Positions 1 to 10,653 are shown, numbered from the stretch's first letter. The stretch is 64,000 bases of DNA from Promethearchaeota archaeon (GCA_016839745.1 JAEOTS010000044.1:1-64000), one strand, 5' to 3'. Made by a program: numbers and translations. The notes: generated by a model not told the origin, from the sequence alone.

Positions 1-1508
1 CCCCAAAAATTAAATTTTCCTCTACTTAATATCATTTTTGGATCCAAAACTTCCTTAATTGACTTCATAAAATTGTAAAACTCTTCCGAATATGCTCCAA
101 TATCTACCATCAATCTTGACATATAATCCCCCATCATATACCACTGGACTCCATGTTTAGTTACCCGTTCTAATAACGATTTCCATAGCTTAAAATTAGT
201 TTTTTCAATAATTTCATGAGTTTCACCATTATAATATTTCCAAAAGCTTGTAAAGCCACATGTGATTTCTACATTATTACCATCTATTAAAACCACGGGA
301 CCACTTCCGACTATTGGTCTAATCCGTGTAATTTTAAAAATTTTTTGGATCTCTTCATTATTTTCAATATCCCATTGATCAATATCGTTTAGCACAGCAG
401 GATAAGAATTAATCGGTGAAAAACACTCGGCACTTAATGCTTGCATTGAAGGAAATATTCCCCAGAGATTATGATAAAATTGCCAGTGTCCCTGTTCAAC
501 ATAGTGCCATTTAGCCATATTTCCGTCGGGTATTTCGGAGCCTAATTCTTCTGTTTTATTCTTTAGCATAATATCGTCTAGTTGTTTTACTTTTTCATCT
601 AATTCTACATCAGAATTTGCTTCAACTGTATAGAAAATAACGCCCCTTTTTTTTCTTAAAGCTTCCCAAAACGGAAACATGCCTTCTTCACAACCAAGCC
701 TAACAATGAGATCCATTAAATACATTACATCATAAACATCAATTCCTTTCTGACGAATTTCGGTCATTATTTTTGCTGAAATTTCTCTTTCTTTCCGAGG
801 TAATTGAAAAGTTTTATAAGCAGCAAAAGGGGGCTTAGGAAAGACTTGCAAAGACACTTTTGTTTTTACACCAAAAATCCCATTATCGCCACAAAACAGA
901 CCTGCCAAGTCCGGACCATTACCAAACCTATTAAAAGGATACTTAGAATATTTATTAGCTTGAGAACCCGTATTTATAATTTCGCCCGTTGGTAAAACAA
1001 CTTCTAAAGAGACTAATTGGTTTGTGCATGCACCGTATTTAGCACATCCTCCACCTCCTACAGAATGATGGGAAATCCCCCCGCCCACTGCTGCTGTCAT
1101 GCCAGAACCAGGGCCCATACAACCGGTATATAATCCAAAATGGCACAAGTATTCGTTTAATTTCCCCCACGAGATTCCTGCTTCAACTGTAACAATTAGC
1201 TTATCTTGGTCTAAATTGAGGACTCGATTCATTCTTTTAGTTTCCAATACGATCCCGCCATCCCCAATAGGTTTACTGCCACCAAATTCACAATCTCCAC
1301 CTCCACGTGGAATAACAGGTATATTTTCATCGTTTGCAATTTTAAGAATCTCTGAGACTTCTTGAGCATCTTTAGGCCTAATTACAATATCAGGAACGCC
1401 TTGTAAAACGAGATCGACATTTCTTGAATATGCATGTCGGACATAAAGACTATTGGAAATATACTGCTCTTTAACTATTTTTTCTAATTTTTGATATATT
1501 TCAGACAG
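1..1508 (-). CDS. FAD-binding oxidoreductase (GlcD/VAO-type FAD_binding_4), tandem paralog of 1501..3024; 3' end runs off the window
   Basis: Not in the ORF track. Minus strand reads (L)SEIYQKLEKIVKEQYISNSLYVRHAYSRNVDLVLQGVPD...PRGGGDCEFGG...SRGKFNFWG, colinear with the neighbour. Start is CTG at 1508 (after GGGGTGA) or GTG at 1517. Confidence 0.9.
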   Translation of the reverse strand, partial: MSEIYQKLEKIVKEQYISNSLYVRHAYSRNVDLVLQGVPDIVIRPKDAQEVSEILKIANDENIPVIPRGGGDCEFGGSKPIGDGGIVLETKRMNRVLNLDQDKLIVTVEAGISWGKLNEYLCHFGLYTGCMGPGSGMTAAVGGGISHHSVGGGGCAKYGACTNQLVSLEVVLPTGEIINTGSQANKYSKYPFNRFGNGPDLAGLFCGDNGIFGVKTKVSLQVFPKPPFAAYKTFQLPRKEREISAKIMTEIRQKGIDVYDVMYLMDLIVRLGCEEGMFPFWEALRKKRGVIFYTVEANSDVELDEKVKQLDDIMLKNKTEELGSEIPDGNMAKWHYVEQGHWQFYHNLWGIFPSMQALSAECFSPINSYPAVLNDIDQWDIENNEEIQKIFKITRIRPIVGSGPVVLIDGNNVEITCGFTSFWKYYNGETHEIIEKTNFKLWKSLLERVTKHGVQWYMMGDYMSRLMVDIGAYSEEFYNFMKSIKEVLDPKMILSRGKFNFW

Positions 1509-3024
1509 TTTTATCACCCCAAAAATTAAACTTTCCTCTACTTAAAATATATCGCGGATCTAGCGTTTTTTTAATTGAGCTTAAGAATTGTAAGTACTCT
1601 GGTTGAAACGCTCCAATTTCGACCAATAACCTACTTAATATATCTCCTAACATGTACCACGTTACCCCGTGTTTGGTAATTCTTTCGAGCAGCGATTTCC
1701 ATAGTTTGATGTTTAATTCTTCGATAATTTCGTAATTTTTTCCATCAATATAGCTTTCGAAGCTTGTAACTCCGGTTGTTAACTCAACGTTGTGATCTCC
1801 AATTAATATAATCGGACCGGCTCCAGAAATTGGTCTCATTCCTGAAATTTCAAGAATCTTTTCCATATCATCAGACTGTTCTAAATCCCAAAGTTCAACA
1901 TCTTTTAAAATCCCGGGATAAGCGGATATCGGCGTGTGGCATTCTGCGTCTAAAGCTGTAAAACCCGGGATTAATCCCCATAAATTATGCGCAATTAACC
2001 AATGTCCCTGTTCTTCATAGTGCCATTTCCCTATATTCCCATCTGCAATTTCTGGGCCTAATTCTTCTGCTTTGTTTTGAAGAAAAATCTTATCTAACTG
2101 ATTAACTTTCTCTTCAAGTTCTTTTTCCGAGTTAGCTTCTACCGTGTAGAACATTGTACCCCTTTTTCTTTTCAAATTTTCCCATAATGGAAAAATTCCT
2201 TTTTCTGTGCCAACTCTGACTAACAAATCCATAAAATACATCGAATCGTATACATCAATCGCTTTAAGCCTCATTTCTGTAAAAATTTTTGCTGATATTT
2301 CTTCTGATTTGCGCGGCATGAGAAATGTTTTATAATTCGCAAACGGAGGTTTCGGAAAAACTTGTAATGAAACTTGGGTTTTCACTCCAAAAATTCCGTT
2401 GTCACCACAAAAAATACTTGCAAAGTCAGGACCGTTTCCGAATCTATTAAACGGAAATTTTGAATATTTATTTGCTTGCGAACCGGTTTCAATTATTTCA
2501 CCAGTAGGTAGGACCACTTCTAATGAAACCAATTGATTCGTACACGACCCATACTTAGCACATCCCCCACCTCCGACTGATTGATGAGAGATGCCACCTC
2601 CAACCGAAGCTGTCAGTCCGGATCCTGGACCTAAACATCCAGTATATAAACCGAAATTGCATAAATAATCGTTCAATTTTCCCCACGATATGCCTGCTTC
2701 GACGCTAACAATAAGATTTTCCTGGTCAAGATTTATTACATTGTTCATTCGCTTTAAATCCAAAACAATTCCACTATCATCAATGGGCTTGCTGCCCCCG
2801 AATTCACAATCTCCACCTCCACGAGGTATCACAGCTATATTCTCCTCGTTAGCAATCTTAAGAATTTCAGAAATTTCTTGAGCATCCCTAGGTCTTATAA
2901 CTATATCTGGGACGCCTTGTAATACTGGATCTACAACCCTCGAATAAGCGTGTCTTACATAAATACTATTTGAGATGTATTTTTTTGTAACTATTTCTTC
3001 AAGCTTTTGATATAATTCTGTCAA
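1501..3024 (-). CDS. FAD-binding oxidoreductase (GlcD/D-lactate dehydrogenase-like fold)
   Basis: PRGGG FAD loop, VEAG, LEVVLPTGEII, GIFGV, C-terminal KKTLDP...GK. Confidence 0.88.
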   Translation of the reverse strand: MTELYQKLEEIVTKKYISNSIYVRHAYSRVVDPVLQGVPDIVIRPRDAQEISEILKIANEENIAVIPRGGGDCEFGGSKPIDDSGIVLDLKRMNNVINLDQENLIVSVEAGISWGKLNDYLCNFGLYTGCLGPGSGLTASVGGGISHQSVGGGGCAKYGSCTNQLVSLEVVLPTGEIIETGSQANKYSKFPFNRFGNGPDFASIFCGDNGIFGVKTQVSLQVFPKPPFANYKTFLMPRKSEEISAKIFTEMRLKAIDVYDSMYFMDLLVRVGTEKGIFPLWENLKRKRGTMFYTVEANSEKELEEKVNQLDKIFLQNKAEELGPEIADGNIGKWHYEEQGHWLIAHNLWGLIPGFTALDAECHTPISAYPGILKDVELWDLEQSDDMEKILEISGMRPISGAGPIILIGDHNVELTTGVTSFESYIDGKNYEIIEELNIKLWKSLLERITKHGVTWYMLGDILSRLLVEIGAFQPEYLQFLSSIKKTLDPRYILSRGKFNFWGDKTV

Positions 3025-3119
3025 GTTTTAAATCCTTATTTTTATGGAATAAAATAATATATATTAGATAGCTTCAACTACTTAAATCTAATCTAATAAC
3101 GTTAGAAGTTTTAAAAGAT

Positions 3120-3704
3120 TTGAAGTTTAGAATTAAATACCTAAGCATCACGGTTGTTGTCATCCTTTTAATTATTCCGATTTTTTTTAATATTTACATT
3201 GATTTTCTAATCGTAAGTGAATTATCCATAGGTGTAGTGTTATTTTTGGTGGTTGGTTTTCTATTTTTATTAGGATTAGGAAAATTAATGGAATTTTTTG
3301 TATATAATGAGAAGAGTAAAGAATTAATGAAACAACACGATGTTGTTAACGCTCTTTTAAATAAAAACGGAATACCCAGATTGTTAGTTTTTTTCCCTTT
3401 AACCATGATAATGGAGGAATTAATTTTTCGTTATTATCTTATAGGATTTTTATTGAACGCCTTAATAGGAGGGGTTATTTTAGCAATTATTATCTCGAGC
3501 ATAATTTTTTCTATATATCATTTTCATATCTGGTTTAGATTTAAAGATAAAAATATTCTAATTTCTTACCTTATATCCTCATTTCTATTAGGGATTTATA
3601 ACGGATTCATTCTCTTAACGCTTGGAATATTTGCTTGTATCATTGTTCATGCCGTCTTAGTATTTATTTTATATTATAATCTTTACAAAAAACTTTCTAA
3701 GTAG
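3120..3704 (+). CDS. CPBP (CAAX protease/Abi) family intramembrane metalloprotease
   Basis: EELIFR, FSIYH and IIVH motifs in a multi-TM protein. Confidence 0.85.
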   Translation: MKFRIKYLSITVVVILLIIPIFFNIYIDFLIVSELSIGVVLFLVVGFLFLLGLGKLMEFFVYNEKSKELMKQHDVVNALLNKNGIPRLLVFFPLTMIMEELIFRYYLIGFLLNALIGGVILAIIISSIIFSIYHFHIWFRFKDKNILISYLISSFLLGIYNGFILLTLGIFACIIVHAVLVFILYYNLYKKLSK

Positions 3705-3753
3705 TCTCTGATTATTATTTTTATAAGTAGGGTATTTAATTTATGTTGCAACC

Positions 3754-4647
3754 ATGAAATTATATTTCCGAGCATTAACAAAGGAGGATATTCCGGCAAT
3801 ATTGGACATCAGTAAAGATATATGGGAGGGTGACGATTACATTCCTGATGTTATTGAGAGATGGTTGAATGAAAAAGATCACCTGGCTTACGGTACTTTT
3901 CTTGAAGAAGAAATGAAGGAATTAATTGGATTTGGAAGAGTAAAAGTGTTTTCTAATGGAGTCGCGTGGTTAGAAGGCGGTCGAGTGAAGGTTTCTCATC
4001 AAAAAAAAGGAATTGGACGCGAACAATTGAAATATGCTATTGATTATGCAATTAAAGTTGGTGCTAGAACCGCTCAATACGATACATCTTCAAGAAATTT
4101 TGGTTCCCAATCCTTGGCGAAATTTCATGGATTCAAGGAAAAGAAGAGGACGGAAGTTTTAGTGAGTGACCTCAGCGAGCTAAATTTAAAGGAATATGAT
4201 TCCTCTGATATACGGAAAATATCTAACGAAGAAGCAAAAGAGATTTATAAAGTATTGGATATAGGTCCAGGGGATGAACTCAATATTGGTTGGTCGTATG
4301 TACCTTTAGCCAATTTAGAGGATAAAAACTCTCTATGGTTAACCAATTCGGATGCAATTTTACAGAAAATTGATATTAGAAGTATAGTTTTGCCTGAAAC
4401 ACCCCGAGAAAATGAGGTATGGATAGTAGTATACGGTGATCCTGAAGCTGCCTCTCAATTAATATCTTACACAGTTGACCACGAGCTTAATAAAGATGAG
4501 ATCAATATCATTGCAGTTTATTGCCAAACTGAAGCATTAGAATCGATAAAAAAAATGGGATTTAAAAATCCTTCTTGGGAAGATAAAAACGAACCAACAG
4601 CGGTTGTTCTTTTCGAGAAAGACCTTAGATCAAAAAAGAGAATATAA
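3754..4647 (+). CDS. GNAT family N-acetyltransferase
   Basis: WLEGGRV..HQKKGIG acetyl-CoA-binding motif A. Confidence 0.85.
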   Translation: MKLYFRALTKEDIPAILDISKDIWEGDDYIPDVIERWLNEKDHLAYGTFLEEEMKELIGFGRVKVFSNGVAWLEGGRVKVSHQKKGIGREQLKYAIDYAIKVGARTAQYDTSSRNFGSQSLAKFHGFKEKKRTEVLVSDLSELNLKEYDSSDIRKISNEEAKEIYKVLDIGPGDELNIGWSYVPLANLEDKNSLWLTNSDAILQKIDIRSIVLPETPRENEVWIVVYGDPEAASQLISYTVDHELNKDEINIIAVYCQTEALESIKKMGFKNPSWEDKNEPTAVVLFEKDLRSKKRI

Positions 4648-4672
4648 AAATAAAAAAAGAAAAGAAAAAAAA

Positions 4673-5206
4673 TTAGTATTGTTCTACTTCAACTTCAGTA
4701 GATTTGAATCCTTTTCCACAATAAACGCAATATGCGATTCCATTTCCTTTTAATTGTTCCAGCATTCTTTCCGTGTATTGAGTTCCACATTCACTGCAAA
4801 ATACAGCGTCTGGCTGAATTATTTGAATCTCTTTTTGCGATGGCACGATGATCTCCTGTTCTTCATAAGATTGTTGGGGAGCTTCTGGCTGCTCGCAACA
4901 TTTTTTATCGGAAGGTTCCTTAATAGGCTTAGGTTTTCCCGATATTGTATAATAAAGCTCTTCAAAAAGCTTGTATATACCAAGGAAAATAGCTTTTAAG
5001 AGTAAGTAAGTCCCTTTTAGGATGTAGTAGATTAAATATGCGACGCCTTTTAGTACGTAGTATACAAGAATAACCGCCAAAACTATGGAAGCTACAGCTC
5101 CCACAATTAATAGAACTTGAGCATAAATAGGCATTCCTAAAAACCATGTAATGAATTCTTGCCAATATAGTAAAGCTTGTTCCGCAATTTGTTCCCAATT
5201 AACCAA
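4673..5206 (-). CDS. membrane protein with C-terminal zinc ribbon
   Basis: N-terminal hydrophobic helices; CSEC...CVYC. Confidence 0.75.
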   Translation of the reverse strand: MVNWEQIAEQALLYWQEFITWFLGMPIYAQVLLIVGAVASIVLAVILVYYVLKGVAYLIYYILKGTYLLLKAIFLGIYKLFEELYYTISGKPKPIKEPSDKKCCEQPEAPQQSYEEQEIIVPSQKEIQIIQPDAVFCSECGTQYTERMLEQLKGNGIAYCVYCGKGFKSTEVEVEQY

Positions 5207-5284
5207 TCATAATCACTTTTTAAATTGTTATTTTACATGTTATTTTATTAATTAAAAGAAGATTAAGGTCGATTATAAAAAATT

Positions 5285-5293
5285 TGGAGTCCA
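5285..5293. promoter_or_regulatory. palindromic TGGAGTCCA box beside the putative TATA of the 4673..5206 gene
   Basis: Same motif and context (TAAAAAn-ATTTGGAGTCCA-N5-TAGG) recurs at 58465..58473. Confidence 0.5.
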
Positions 5294-5344
5294 GTTTTTA
5301 GGTTTGTTTTCAAGAAGAATAGAATTCAAAAATATTATTAAACA

Positions 5345-6757
5345 TTAATTCTCGGTATTTTTGTTCAGGTATTTATTTGATTTACTAAAGTCGTACATAA
5401 ATTTAAATGCCTTTATTGCGTGGCTTATCTGGGCCATTATTGGAATTTTATATTTATAAGAATGTTGTAAAAAGTATTCAGTAATCCAACGAGAACCAAA
5501 AACGCAAGTAATAACGGGTTTTTTCAGCTTAGTTGAAAGATTTCTCATATCTCTCAAGTGTGGCGTTATAGGTAAAGAAAAGTCTTTTATTGGTTGTTGA
5601 GGGACCGCGAAAATGTGTAATAACGCATCAACATTTTCATCGTTAAGTATTGCCTTTAAAGATTGACTAAATGTCATGAATAGTGAAGGTCCCAAGTCGA
5701 CAGGATTCTTTAAAGAAGTCCAATTGGGTGAGATAGATTTCATTTCTTTGATAGTAGAGTCGTTTAAAACTGCAAGTTCTAGACCCTGTTTTTCAATTTC
5801 GTCGCATGCTAATATACCTAAACTTCCTGAAGATGTAGTTATCGCAATGTTCTTTCCTTTAGGTAGTGGTTGAGTAGCAAATGCTTGAGCGATATTAAAC
5901 ATCTCGTAAAAATTATTTACGCGATAAATACCAGAATACTGTTTGAAAATCGCATCGTAAATTTTATCGTCTCCGGCAATAGAACCAGTGTGACTCTTTA
6001 CTGCATTAGATCCAATTTCGCTACGACCATTTTTTAGAATTAAGATAGGTTTTGTCGTTTTTCTCAATACTTCTACTAACTTTGGTCCTCGTTTTACGCC
6101 TTCTAAATAGACTGTTATTACACACGTATTCGCATCTTTCTCAAGATATTCTAACATATCAACCTCATCAACATCTACTTTATTTCCAAGTGTTATTGTT
6201 TTCGAAAAGCCAATTTTCTGACTTGTTGACCATTCAACGAATATATTTCCTAATACACCTGACTGTGCAATGACAGATATCACGCCTTCTTCTATGGATT
6301 GATTAAAATCTACTTCTGCGGTTGTAAATTTATTATCGAAGTTAGTGACTCCTACACAATTAGGACCAATTATTCTTATATTTGAATTTTTAGCAATTGT
6401 CTCTATTTCATCTTGAATTTTAACAAATTTTTCAATACCAGTTTCAGCAAAACCCGCAGATTCGATAATTATTCCTTTAACTCCTTTTTTGACAGAATCT
6501 TTCACAACTTCAAGTACATGTTCATTCTTTACAACTATGACCGCCAATTCGATATCATCTGGTATAATATTAATACTTTTGAACACTTTATTACCAAAAA
6601 TAGTATCTTTGTTTATATTTACGGGATATGTTTTAAAATTCGAATTTAACAAATATTTAGTCATAGTGTGACCAAATTTCAAAGACTCTGAAGCACCTAT
6701 AATAGCAATGGATTTAGGGTTAAAGAAAACATCCATATCAGTTATTTGATAGCTCAT
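5345..6757 (-). CDS. acdA: acetate/acyl-CoA ligase (ADP-forming) alpha subunit
   Basis: FFNPKSIAIIGAS, IIGPNC, QSG, SHTGSIAG phospho-His, NPVDL. Confidence 0.88.
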   Translation of the reverse strand: MSYQITDMDVFFNPKSIAIIGASESLKFGHTMTKYLLNSNFKTYPVNINKDTIFGNKVFKSINIIPDDIELAVIVVKNEHVLEVVKDSVKKGVKGIIIESAGFAETGIEKFVKIQDEIETIAKNSNIRIIGPNCVGVTNFDNKFTTAEVDFNQSIEEGVISVIAQSGVLGNIFVEWSTSQKIGFSKTITLGNKVDVDEVDMLEYLEKDANTCVITVYLEGVKRGPKLVEVLRKTTKPILILKNGRSEIGSNAVKSHTGSIAGDDKIYDAIFKQYSGIYRVNNFYEMFNIAQAFATQPLPKGKNIAITTSSGSLGILACDEIEKQGLELAVLNDSTIKEMKSISPNWTSLKNPVDLGPSLFMTFSQSLKAILNDENVDALLHIFAVPQQPIKDFSLPITPHLRDMRNLSTKLKKPVITCVFGSRWITEYFLQHSYKYKIPIMAQISHAIKAFKFMYDFSKSNKYLNKNTEN

Positions 6758-6922
6758 AATTTAAGTTGTCTCTTTGAATAGAATATATGAAGGATTATAA
6801 TTTATTGAACTTAAAATTTAGTTTTGACGCACGAAACTATATTTCTTTGAAATTAGGGGTATTTATATTCTAAGATGTAGACAAATTGTAAGACGAAAAA
6901 TACATTAGTTTTTGAAATTCTA

Positions 6923-7462
6923 ATGGAAGCAATTGCAATTAATAGGTATATAGAAGTTATTTGTCCCGTTTGTAAGTTCAAGAAAGTTATTCAAATTCCT
7001 AAATCTATAGTAAATAAAGCATCTCAACTAACTACGATTTCAGTTCCTCAAGGTAAAGTATGTCAACATCACTTTCAATTATTCATAGATAAAAATTTCT
7101 CAATTCGTGGTTATCAGAAGGTTGACTTTCAATTAAATCCAGGAGAAATAAAAAAGGATAAAAAACTTAAACCTAGCTATAAGGATCATTTTGTCAATAG
7201 CTTAGATCTTTATCAATCTAATAATTCAGACAATAATTCTTCACAAAAGATTTCAGAGAAACCTAATTATGAGAAGAGAACAAGCAATTTCGAAGAAAAT
7301 TTTAATAAAAAAAATAACATGACTTTGGAAGAGATTTACGAAGAATTTTGGGAATTTATTGATGATAAAAATGAAATTTTTCGGAAGTTTATTATTAACG
7401 ATAACAAAAGGAGAGCGCTTTTGAGAATAAAAGACTTATCTCCACTATCCAATAGTAGTTGA
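6923..7462 (+). CDS. hypothetical protein with N-terminal Zn-binding domain
   Basis: CPVC...VCQHHF...D.NF..RGYQ..D. Confidence 0.7.
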   Translation: MEAIAINRYIEVICPVCKFKKVIQIPKSIVNKASQLTTISVPQGKVCQHHFQLFIDKNFSIRGYQKVDFQLNPGEIKKDKKLKPSYKDHFVNSLDLYQSNNSDNNSSQKISEKPNYEKRTSNFEENFNKKNNMTLEEIYEEFWEFIDDKNEIFRKFIINDNKRRALLRIKDLSPLSNSS

Positions 7463-7702
7463 TTGGAAAATATTCTGATAATTATTTTTTTTTTGGAATA
7501 GAGGTATTTTTTAAAGGTTTTCTTTCAATTTGGAAATATTTTAACTCCGTAGGATTCAATTTTATAATTATAAGTAAAAACACCTACTTCATAAAAACTC
7601 TTAATAACAAATTTAAAATTAGGCAATTAATTTTCGAATTTATAAAGAATATTTAATCTAAATTCAATAATAAGAAAAAAAAAGATAATAAGGTATTAAA
7701 GT

Positions 7703-9190
7703 ATGAGCTATAAATTAGCAGATGATAAAGATTTAGAAGCAATGATTGGTATTGTAGGCAAAGAATACGCCACCAATAACAAGGCAATTACAGCGTCATA
7801 TCTTTCCAAATCTGTAATGGGATTAGAATCACAAATTCCTGATATCGTCGTGCGTCCTAAATACGTAGAAGAAATTCGTAAAATACTACTTTACTGCTCT
7901 GCAGAAAAAATCGCAGTCTCACCGATTTCAGCCGGATTATCTGGCGGCTTTGCATGTCCAACTATTAAGCCTGCTGGAGTTATGCTTGATTTAGGTAGAA
8001 TGGATAGAATTATCGAAGTTGATACAGAGAATCGATATGTTGTAGTCGAACCGGGAGTCACAATTGGAGAGCTTTGGGCTTACATGCACAAAAATTATCC
8101 AGAGTGGGCGCCTCCCGTACCAGACGGTGCTCCACCAGCTTCTACTGTAATGGGAGATGCTATCGATCGAGGGTTTTCCCTTTATACTAGCTCCGTTGGT
8201 CCACAAGGTGATAACTTCATGTGCGGTGAGATAGTGTTTCCAAACGGGGATATTGTGCGAACTGGTTCGTGGGCTTTGCCTTTTGCGAAACCATTCTATA
8301 AATATGGACTTGGTCCAGATATCTGGTCCTTTTTAATGGGTTCACAAGGAGCTCTTGGTGTAATGACTAAAGTCGCAGTCAAAATATATCCACATCCAAA
8401 ATTTAAGACTGTAGTTGTGTGGGGTATGTCCAATCCTGAAGATATGCAGAACCTAACATTAGAAATTGGAAAACAAGAATTTGGAATTGCTCACAACACA
8501 GTTATGGTTCAAGGTGGGAATTATCCTTTAGTAATGGCGCGTTGGCCAAAAGATAAAGTTCCTCACGATTATGAATTCTATGAAGAGTTAGGAATTAGTA
8601 GGTGGTGGATGAATTGGGAGTGCTGGGCACAAACTCAAGAAGAGTTAGATTATGTGGTTAATAGAATCAATGAAATGGCTGAAGATTTCAAGAAAAATAG
8701 AGCTAAAGATCCTGATAGTGTAAAACCTCAGATACTACATCCCAAACAAATCGCAAGCAGGTTGAAGAAACCAAATAAGATAGCGGTTCCTTATGCGTTT
8801 TGGGAAGCTGGATTCTTATTCATTACTTTCTATACCCCATGGAATGAATGCGCCCATTTTGCTGAAATGTATACTGCTGCTATGAAGAAATACGGTTTTC
8901 CAGAAGTTATGTGGATTGCTAGTATTGAACGTTGTAGGCAAGCAATTTGCATGCCAATTATTTGTTTCGATAGCACAAAACCATCAGATTTAGAAAAAGT
9001 TCAAGAGATGAATAGAGAAACAACAGAATACGCACTTAAGCAAGGATGGTTGAATTATCGTCCTGATCCATACATCCACGCGCCTCTCACTTATTCTCAA
9101 GCAGGAATGTATTGGAAGTATTTGAGAACGATGAAGAAGATTTTTGATCCTAATATGATAATGCATCCTGGGAGGCTTGCTCTTCCATAA
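7703..9190 (+). CDS. FAD-binding oxidoreductase, VAO/p-cresol methylhydroxylase-like
   Basis: LDLGRMDRIIEVD, VEPGVT, GSQGALGV, C-terminal YR dyad and KKIFDPNMIMHPGR. Confidence 0.85.
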   Translation: MSYKLADDKDLEAMIGIVGKEYATNNKAITASYLSKSVMGLESQIPDIVVRPKYVEEIRKILLYCSAEKIAVSPISAGLSGGFACPTIKPAGVMLDLGRMDRIIEVDTENRYVVVEPGVTIGELWAYMHKNYPEWAPPVPDGAPPASTVMGDAIDRGFSLYTSSVGPQGDNFMCGEIVFPNGDIVRTGSWALPFAKPFYKYGLGPDIWSFLMGSQGALGVMTKVAVKIYPHPKFKTVVVWGMSNPEDMQNLTLEIGKQEFGIAHNTVMVQGGNYPLVMARWPKDKVPHDYEFYEELGISRWWMNWECWAQTQEELDYVVNRINEMAEDFKKNRAKDPDSVKPQILHPKQIASRLKKPNKIAVPYAFWEAGFLFITFYTPWNECAHFAEMYTAAMKKYGFPEVMWIASIERCRQAICMPIICFDSTKPSDLEKVQEMNRETTEYALKQGWLNYRPDPYIHAPLTYSQAGMYWKYLRTMKKIFDPNMIMHPGRLALP

Positions 9191-9213
9191 CTGAGTAAGG
9201 AGGTTAAAAAAAA

Positions 9214-10575
9214 ATGGCTAAAACTGGAATGGAAAGATTAAAAGAATTGGAGAAGGAAATATATAAGTGTATCCATTGTAAAGCGTGTAGGTTTGCTTAT
9301 TCGGGAGAGCCTAGTAGAGAGGGGATAGGAGAATTCGCGGGAAAACAAAGCACAGTTCTTTACGAAGGAATGCTTGACGCGTGCCCTGCGGGAATAGAAT
9401 ACGGTTGGGAAGCGTTTTGGAATGCAGGAAAAATGTGGATTGCTCGTTCAATCTTAAACGGAGATTTAGAGTTTAATGAAGAAGTTAGGGATGTTATTAT
9501 GCCGTGCATTACATGCGGACAATGTTCAGTCCAATGTGAGAGTAAAATACCCACAGTAGACATTATTGAGTCTTTACGAGCTGCGTGTGTTGAAGCAGGC
9601 GTCCCTATGATTGAAAAGCATCAATTGGTTGATCGATTAGTTAAGGAATTGAACAACCCTTACGGAGGAAAGGCAGCAGAACGAATGAAATGGGCAAAGG
9701 ATGCTGGTTTAGGGAAATATATAAACAACAAAAACGCAAAAATTGGATATTACGTTGGCTGTACTGCTAGTTATCGGCAAGTAGAAGTTGCTATTGCTAC
9801 TGCTAAAGTTTTTGAACAATTAGGCATAGATTTTACATTAATCGAGGATGAAGTGTGTTGTGGAAGCCCCTTCTTTAGAATCGGCGCCGTTGATACTGCT
9901 CAAGAGTTAATGAATAAGAATTTGGAAACTTTCAAGGATTTGGAAGAAGTTTATTTCTCTTGTGCTGGTTGCTACCGGACTTTTACTATTGATTACCCTA
10001 AATGGATGACAGAAGGAGAAGAACTTCCGTTTAAAACGATGCACGCATTTGAATTAGTCTCAAAATTAATCACGGATGGCAAGATTAAGTTTAAACCAAA
10101 CAAAGAACTCAAGGGAAAAGTCGTAACATATCATGATCCTTGCCACACTGGTAGGCATTTTGCGCACGATATAGAACAATCGATGATCAAGAAATCTAAG
10201 AATTTAATGATGGACATGCGTAAAATTGACAAACTGATCGATGAATGGTTCGAAATTCCTCGAGTTATTTTGCGTAAACTTGAAGAGGATGTTGGAATTA
10301 AATTTATTGAAATGTATCGAATAAAAAATAATTCGATGTGTTGTGGTGCTGGTGGCGGAGTTAGAGCAGGATATCCTGATTTCTCTTTAAGAACAGCGAG
10401 TCTGCGATGTGACGAAGCTAATGCCGTAGGAGCCGACATTCTGACAACTGAATGCCCATTTTGTTGGAGAAACCTTTCTGACGCTAATGATTTGTATAAT
10501 CATAATATGCAAGTAATGGGCGTTCTCGAAATGATATCAAAATACAACTTATTAGATATTTCTAATTTAAAATAA
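9214..10575 (+). CDS. (Fe-S)-binding protein, HdrD/GlcF-like with CCG domains
   Basis: CxxCxxC ferredoxin motifs, GC, CCG, YHDPCH, CCGAGGG, CPFC; AGGAGG SD. Confidence 0.9.
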   Translation: MAKTGMERLKELEKEIYKCIHCKACRFAYSGEPSREGIGEFAGKQSTVLYEGMLDACPAGIEYGWEAFWNAGKMWIARSILNGDLEFNEEVRDVIMPCITCGQCSVQCESKIPTVDIIESLRAACVEAGVPMIEKHQLVDRLVKELNNPYGGKAAERMKWAKDAGLGKYINNKNAKIGYYVGCTASYRQVEVAIATAKVFEQLGIDFTLIEDEVCCGSPFFRIGAVDTAQELMNKNLETFKDLEEVYFSCAGCYRTFTIDYPKWMTEGEELPFKTMHAFELVSKLITDGKIKFKPNKELKGKVVTYHDPCHTGRHFAHDIEQSMIKKSKNLMMDMRKIDKLIDEWFEIPRVILRKLEEDVGIKFIEMYRIKNNSMCCGAGGGVRAGYPDFSLRTASLRCDEANAVGADILTTECPFCWRNLSDANDLYNHNMQVMGVLEMISKYNLLDISNLK

Positions 10576-10653
10576 GCAAGGAGTTGTACTCCTTTTTTTT
10601 ATCTTTTTTTGATTCAAAATAATTTATATATATAATGTTTAAATCTTTTAATA

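Noticed and set aside
145-153. Third TGGACTCCA palindrome
   Set aside because: Inside a CDS (HGVQW codons) and without the adjacent TATA-like context
7459-7656. 65-aa ORF in an intergenic gap
   Set aside because: F/K/I-rich translation of AT-rich terminator/promoter DNA; no motif
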